From the NCBI GenBank assembly GCA_002269645.1, contig NIVC01000455.1, forward strand, positions 62,001 through 126,000: DNA of 64,000 bases. The letters run 5' to 3'. Position numbers and translations under genes: made by a program. Shown here piece by piece: positions 60,745 through 64,000 of this stretch. The DNA comes from Macrostomum lignano (taxonomy: Eukaryota). Every line of letters starts with the position of its first letter. Within the stretch, counting starts at the first letter, position 1. The notes below the pieces were generated by a model. That model saw only the letters and a list, made by a program, of their open reading frames with translations. It had not been told where the DNA came from and did no database searches.

Positions 60745-60895
60745 TCCCTGGCCAATCAGAGGCAGCTCAGGCCGCTCTCTCTCCCCCTAACCAATCAGAA
60801 GGCAGCTTAGGCCGCTCTCTCTCCCCCCTAGCCAATCAGAAGGCAGCTCAGGCTGTTCTCTCTCCCCTAGCCAATCAGAGGGCAGATTAGGCCGT
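60745..60895 (+). promoter_or_regulatory. Four tandem ~40-bp units each carrying a full NF-Y-type (G/A)CCAATCAG box
   Basis: CCAAT at 60752, 60791, 60832 and 60871. Function is inferred only. Confidence 0.35.
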
Positions 60896-61804
60896 TCCAT
60901 CTGTCTCTTCGCTGATAAGTGAAAAGTTCTGTTTTATAGCCTGGCTAAATAGCCCTGTTATATTGGTCTAATCTAATCTGTGAAAGAAGCCTAATATATA
61001 TTTATATCAGTAGCATTTTTGTTAGCTTTTTCATTTTATTCTCTGCGCTGCCGTGGTAGCTTGCTGCCAACGCATGAAATGCCCGGTAGGTACATCTTAG
61101 CGCACTTCATATTCAACAATTTTATGTTTTTGTAGCGGTGCTTTGTCCCTGATTTTAAGTAGTGTTCATTTTAGTGTAATGAATACAAAATGGGTATTGC
61201 ATTTGTATTAGTACTATAAATTTAACAAGCATTTTCAACGCCAGCCTATATTTTTTAAAATTATATTTTGCCTACTCGCAAGTAGTATAAAAGCTTATTT
61301 TCTTTCAATATTTCCGTCTTCACAGCAAACTTATTTTGTTGCTCCTACTCTATAAACCGTAATGACTATTTCAGCTCCAATTTTTTGCAAGGTTTACAAC
61401 CTCTGTTTGCTAATTACAGAATGAAATTTCAAAAGGCAATTAAAAATTCAATATACGAGCCGTACTGACACTGGCTGGCGTAATCAACTAATTATGGAGC
61501 AGATAGTTTGTCATTAACTGTGTATGAAATAATATTTTAAAATAAATTTTCACTCGTTTTTGTCGGTTTATTTTTCAAACATTTACAGGTGGGTGCAAGC
61601 GGGGCTTCAACGTCTAGGGGCTGAAGGCAGTACAATGCAGCTAGAAGCTTCATCTAAACCTAGCGAAATGTATGCTTTGTACAACGGTAAAATTCTACTC
61701 TAACAGGGTTCAATTAACTAAACACGATTCTAATGGGGAGAAACTGCTTTTGTAAAAGTTGGGGCTGGTCCGGTTCTGGGGGCGGAATGGATGGGTATCA
61801 TGAG

Positions 61805-62630
61805 AGGATTTAGAGGAGTTCTAGGGGCGGATTTACAGGGATTTTCGGGGCGGATTTACAGGGATTCTCGGGGCGGATTTGCAGGGATTCTCGGGGCGGA
61901 TTTACAGGGATTCTCGTGGCGGATTTGCAGGGATTTTCGGGGCGGATTTACAGGGATTCTCGTGGCGGATTTGCAGGGATTCTCGGGGCGGATTTACAGG
62001 GATTCTCGTGGCGGATTTGCAGGGATTCTCGTGGCGGATTTGCAGGGATTCTCGGGGCGGATTTACAGGGATTCTCGTGGCGGATTTGCAGGGATTCTCG
62101 TGGCGGATTTGCAGGGATTTTCGGGGCGGATTTACAGGGATTCTCGGGGCGGATTTGCAGGGATTTTCGGGGCGGATTTACAGGGATTCTCGGGGCGGAT
62201 TTACAGGGATTTTCGTGGCGGATTTGCAGGGATTCTCGTGGCGGATTTGCAGGGATTCTCGGGGCGGATTTACAGGGATTCTCGTGGCGGATTTGCAGGG
62301 ATTCTCGAGGCGGATTTGCAGGGATTCTCGTGGCGGATTTGCAGGGATTCTCGAGGCGGATTTGCAGGGATTCTCGGGGCGGATTTGCAGGGATTCTCTC
62401 GGTGGATTTGCAGGGATTCTCAGGGCGGATTTGCAGGGATTCTCTAGGGGTGGATTTGCAGGGACTCTCGTGGCGGATTTGCAGGGACTCTCGTGGCGGA
62501 TTTGCAGGGACTCTCGGGGCGGATTTGCAGGGACTCTCGTGGCGGATTTGCAGGGATTCTCGGGGCGGATTTGCAGGGATTCTCTAGGGGTGGATTTGCA
62601 GGGATTCTCGGGGCGGATTTGCAGGGATTC
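61805..62630. repeat. 23-bp minisatellite (GGGGCGGATTTGCAGGGATTCTC)n, intergenic
   Basis: Seen directly. Confidence 0.94.
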
Positions 62631-63119
62631 TTGCAAGCGCTGAAAATTGAGAAGTATCTTATCAAAGGCAACTAGAAAGCGACTTATTGTAATCGATTTC
62701 AAAATTTGACGCAAAACTTTGGTCGGTTGAGCACACCTAAGCAGCCAAGAATAACGGCTCACTAAGTGAATGACGCACTTGGTACAGAGGACAAATAAGT
62801 CAATGAGTCGGTACTGGGAACTCGCTAGCTGAAGTGATGAAGTCACACCTCAGTCTCTCTAGAATCGGCTGGGCCTTAGCAAACTAATTCAGAAAACTAA
62901 GAAACACTCAAGGTGATAAAATCTTCAAGAGTTAAAATAAAATTTACATCAGATTTGTGTATAACAAAACAATTTGTTTTATTAAATAAAAATAAAATTT
63001 ATTTGGGCCCCGCCGATCTTTGAATTTAGAAGACAACAGGCTTTCTGCCAACGGATCAACAATAGCTGTTTCTGAGCAACCATTTCTTAGAAACACTCGG
63101 TTTTGAATTGGCGCGCTGT

Positions 63120-64000
63120 CTAGACGTATCTGGTCCAGGCCTGGTCGAGGCCCGGCCGCGGGCCCGAGCCCACCGGCACGCAGTTGAAGGCGTAGTTGTC
63201 GCCGAAGTTGTTGTCCCAGTAGGTCTCGCCGTTCACCGAGTAGGCGATGCAGAACGCGACTCGATCCCCGGCCCGCAGCCAGTCCGGCAGGCCCAGCGTG
63301 AAGGCGAACTGGTCGCTGCTGCCGTTGCCGGAGACGTAGTCGGCGCAGACCTCGAAGCTGTTGCCCCAGTTGTCCAGGCTGGCTTTGACTCGGACAGCCT
63401 TCTCGAAGCCCAGGTTGGCCACGCGGACGAAACCGCGGACCTGCCGGGCGAAGGGTCGGGGCGGTTGGCAGCACTGGTGAAGCTCCAGTTCTGAATATTG
63501 AAGCTCAAATTTCTCGAAAACCTAAAGCTACAATACTGAACTCTTAAGCTCAATTTCTCAACACTGAAGTTTCACTTATGAACAATAAATCTCAAGCTTC
63601 AAGCCCTAAATCCCAAGGTTTAAGCCCTAAATCTTGGCTTTTAAGGCCCAAATCTCAAGTTTTAAGCCCTAAATCTCACGCTTTAAGCCCTAAATCAAGC
63701 GCTAAATTTCAAGTTTAAAGCCCTAAATCTCAGCCCTAAATCCCACACTTGAAGACCTAAATGTAAATCACGTGACACGAACCCTAAATCTTTATTTTGA
63801 CGCAAAATTCCCGACTCAAATATCTGGACTCTCCATCCGGGCGGGCTCACCTGGCCGCCAACTGTGGTCGCAGGTGCGGGCGCATGCTGGGTGAAGGAAG
63901 GCAGACCGACTGTAGGGGCCTGCTGGTGGAACTGCGCCCTCTCCAGCACCACCTTCTGGGCGGCGATTCGCGAGTTGAAGTTCGGCGCCGAGCCCGGCTG
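63120..64000 (-). CDS. PPP1R3: Protein phosphatase 1 regulatory subunit 3 (glycogen-targeting, CBM21 domain), last two exons (5'-partial)
   Basis: Exons >64000-63851 and 63440-63120 (TAG), phase 0. QPGSAPNFNSRIAAQKVVLE...VRGFVRVANLGFEKAVRVKASLDNW...QFAF...VAFCIAYSVNGETYWDNNFGDNY matches the CBM21 signature. Confidence 0.9.
63590..63790. repeat. Degenerate AAGCCCTAAATC repeat, PPP1R3 intron
   Basis: Seen directly, ~7 imperfect copies. Confidence 0.7.

Noticed and set aside
472-62846. The many periodic ORFs in the supplied track (e.g. 4478-5089, 8100-9482, 16361-17948, 27814-28809, 29507-30368, 38577-39775, 59673-60431, 61791-62846)
   Set aside because: Each is open only because a stop-free tandem unit repeats, usually in several frames and on both strands, and they lie in introns or intergenic DNA.
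1-64000. rRNA, tRNA or other structured RNA genes
   Set aside because: No cloverleaf, A/B boxes, rRNA or snRNA-like sequence was recognised by eye; a covariance-model scan would be needed to exclude them.

Overview
This is an intron-rich animal genomic window with no prokaryotic features. The high-GC3 exons separated by introns packed with private minisatellites resemble a free-living flatworm such as Macrostomum; that assignment is inference only. Seven protein-coding loci were assembled by hand from phase-consistent splice junctions: the 3' end of a TFCP2/LSF-family transcription factor (+); a complete 13-exon semaphorin-5 (+); glutamate decarboxylase (-); an ANKRD63-like ankyrin protein (-); a cAMP-receptor-like 7TM GPCR (-); the 3' part of an unknown protein ending in a basic NLS-like motif (+); and the 3' end of a PPP1R3/CBM21 glycogen-targeting subunit (-). 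An eighth, less certain model is a small secreted Cys-rich protein (-). Most long ORFs in the supplied track are artefacts of tandem repeats. Mobile DNA comprises a clear 379-bp MULE-type MITE with a 9-bp TSD and a probable Helentron/HINE-like element. The most striking pattern is that almost every intron over ~400 bp carries its own tandem array, often starting within a few bases of a splice site. Three arrays have captured the splice site itself: 11 acceptor copies in TFCP2, 18 in-frame donor copies in SEMA5, and a 51-bp array at 41-42 kb that may be an entire intron born by tandem duplication.
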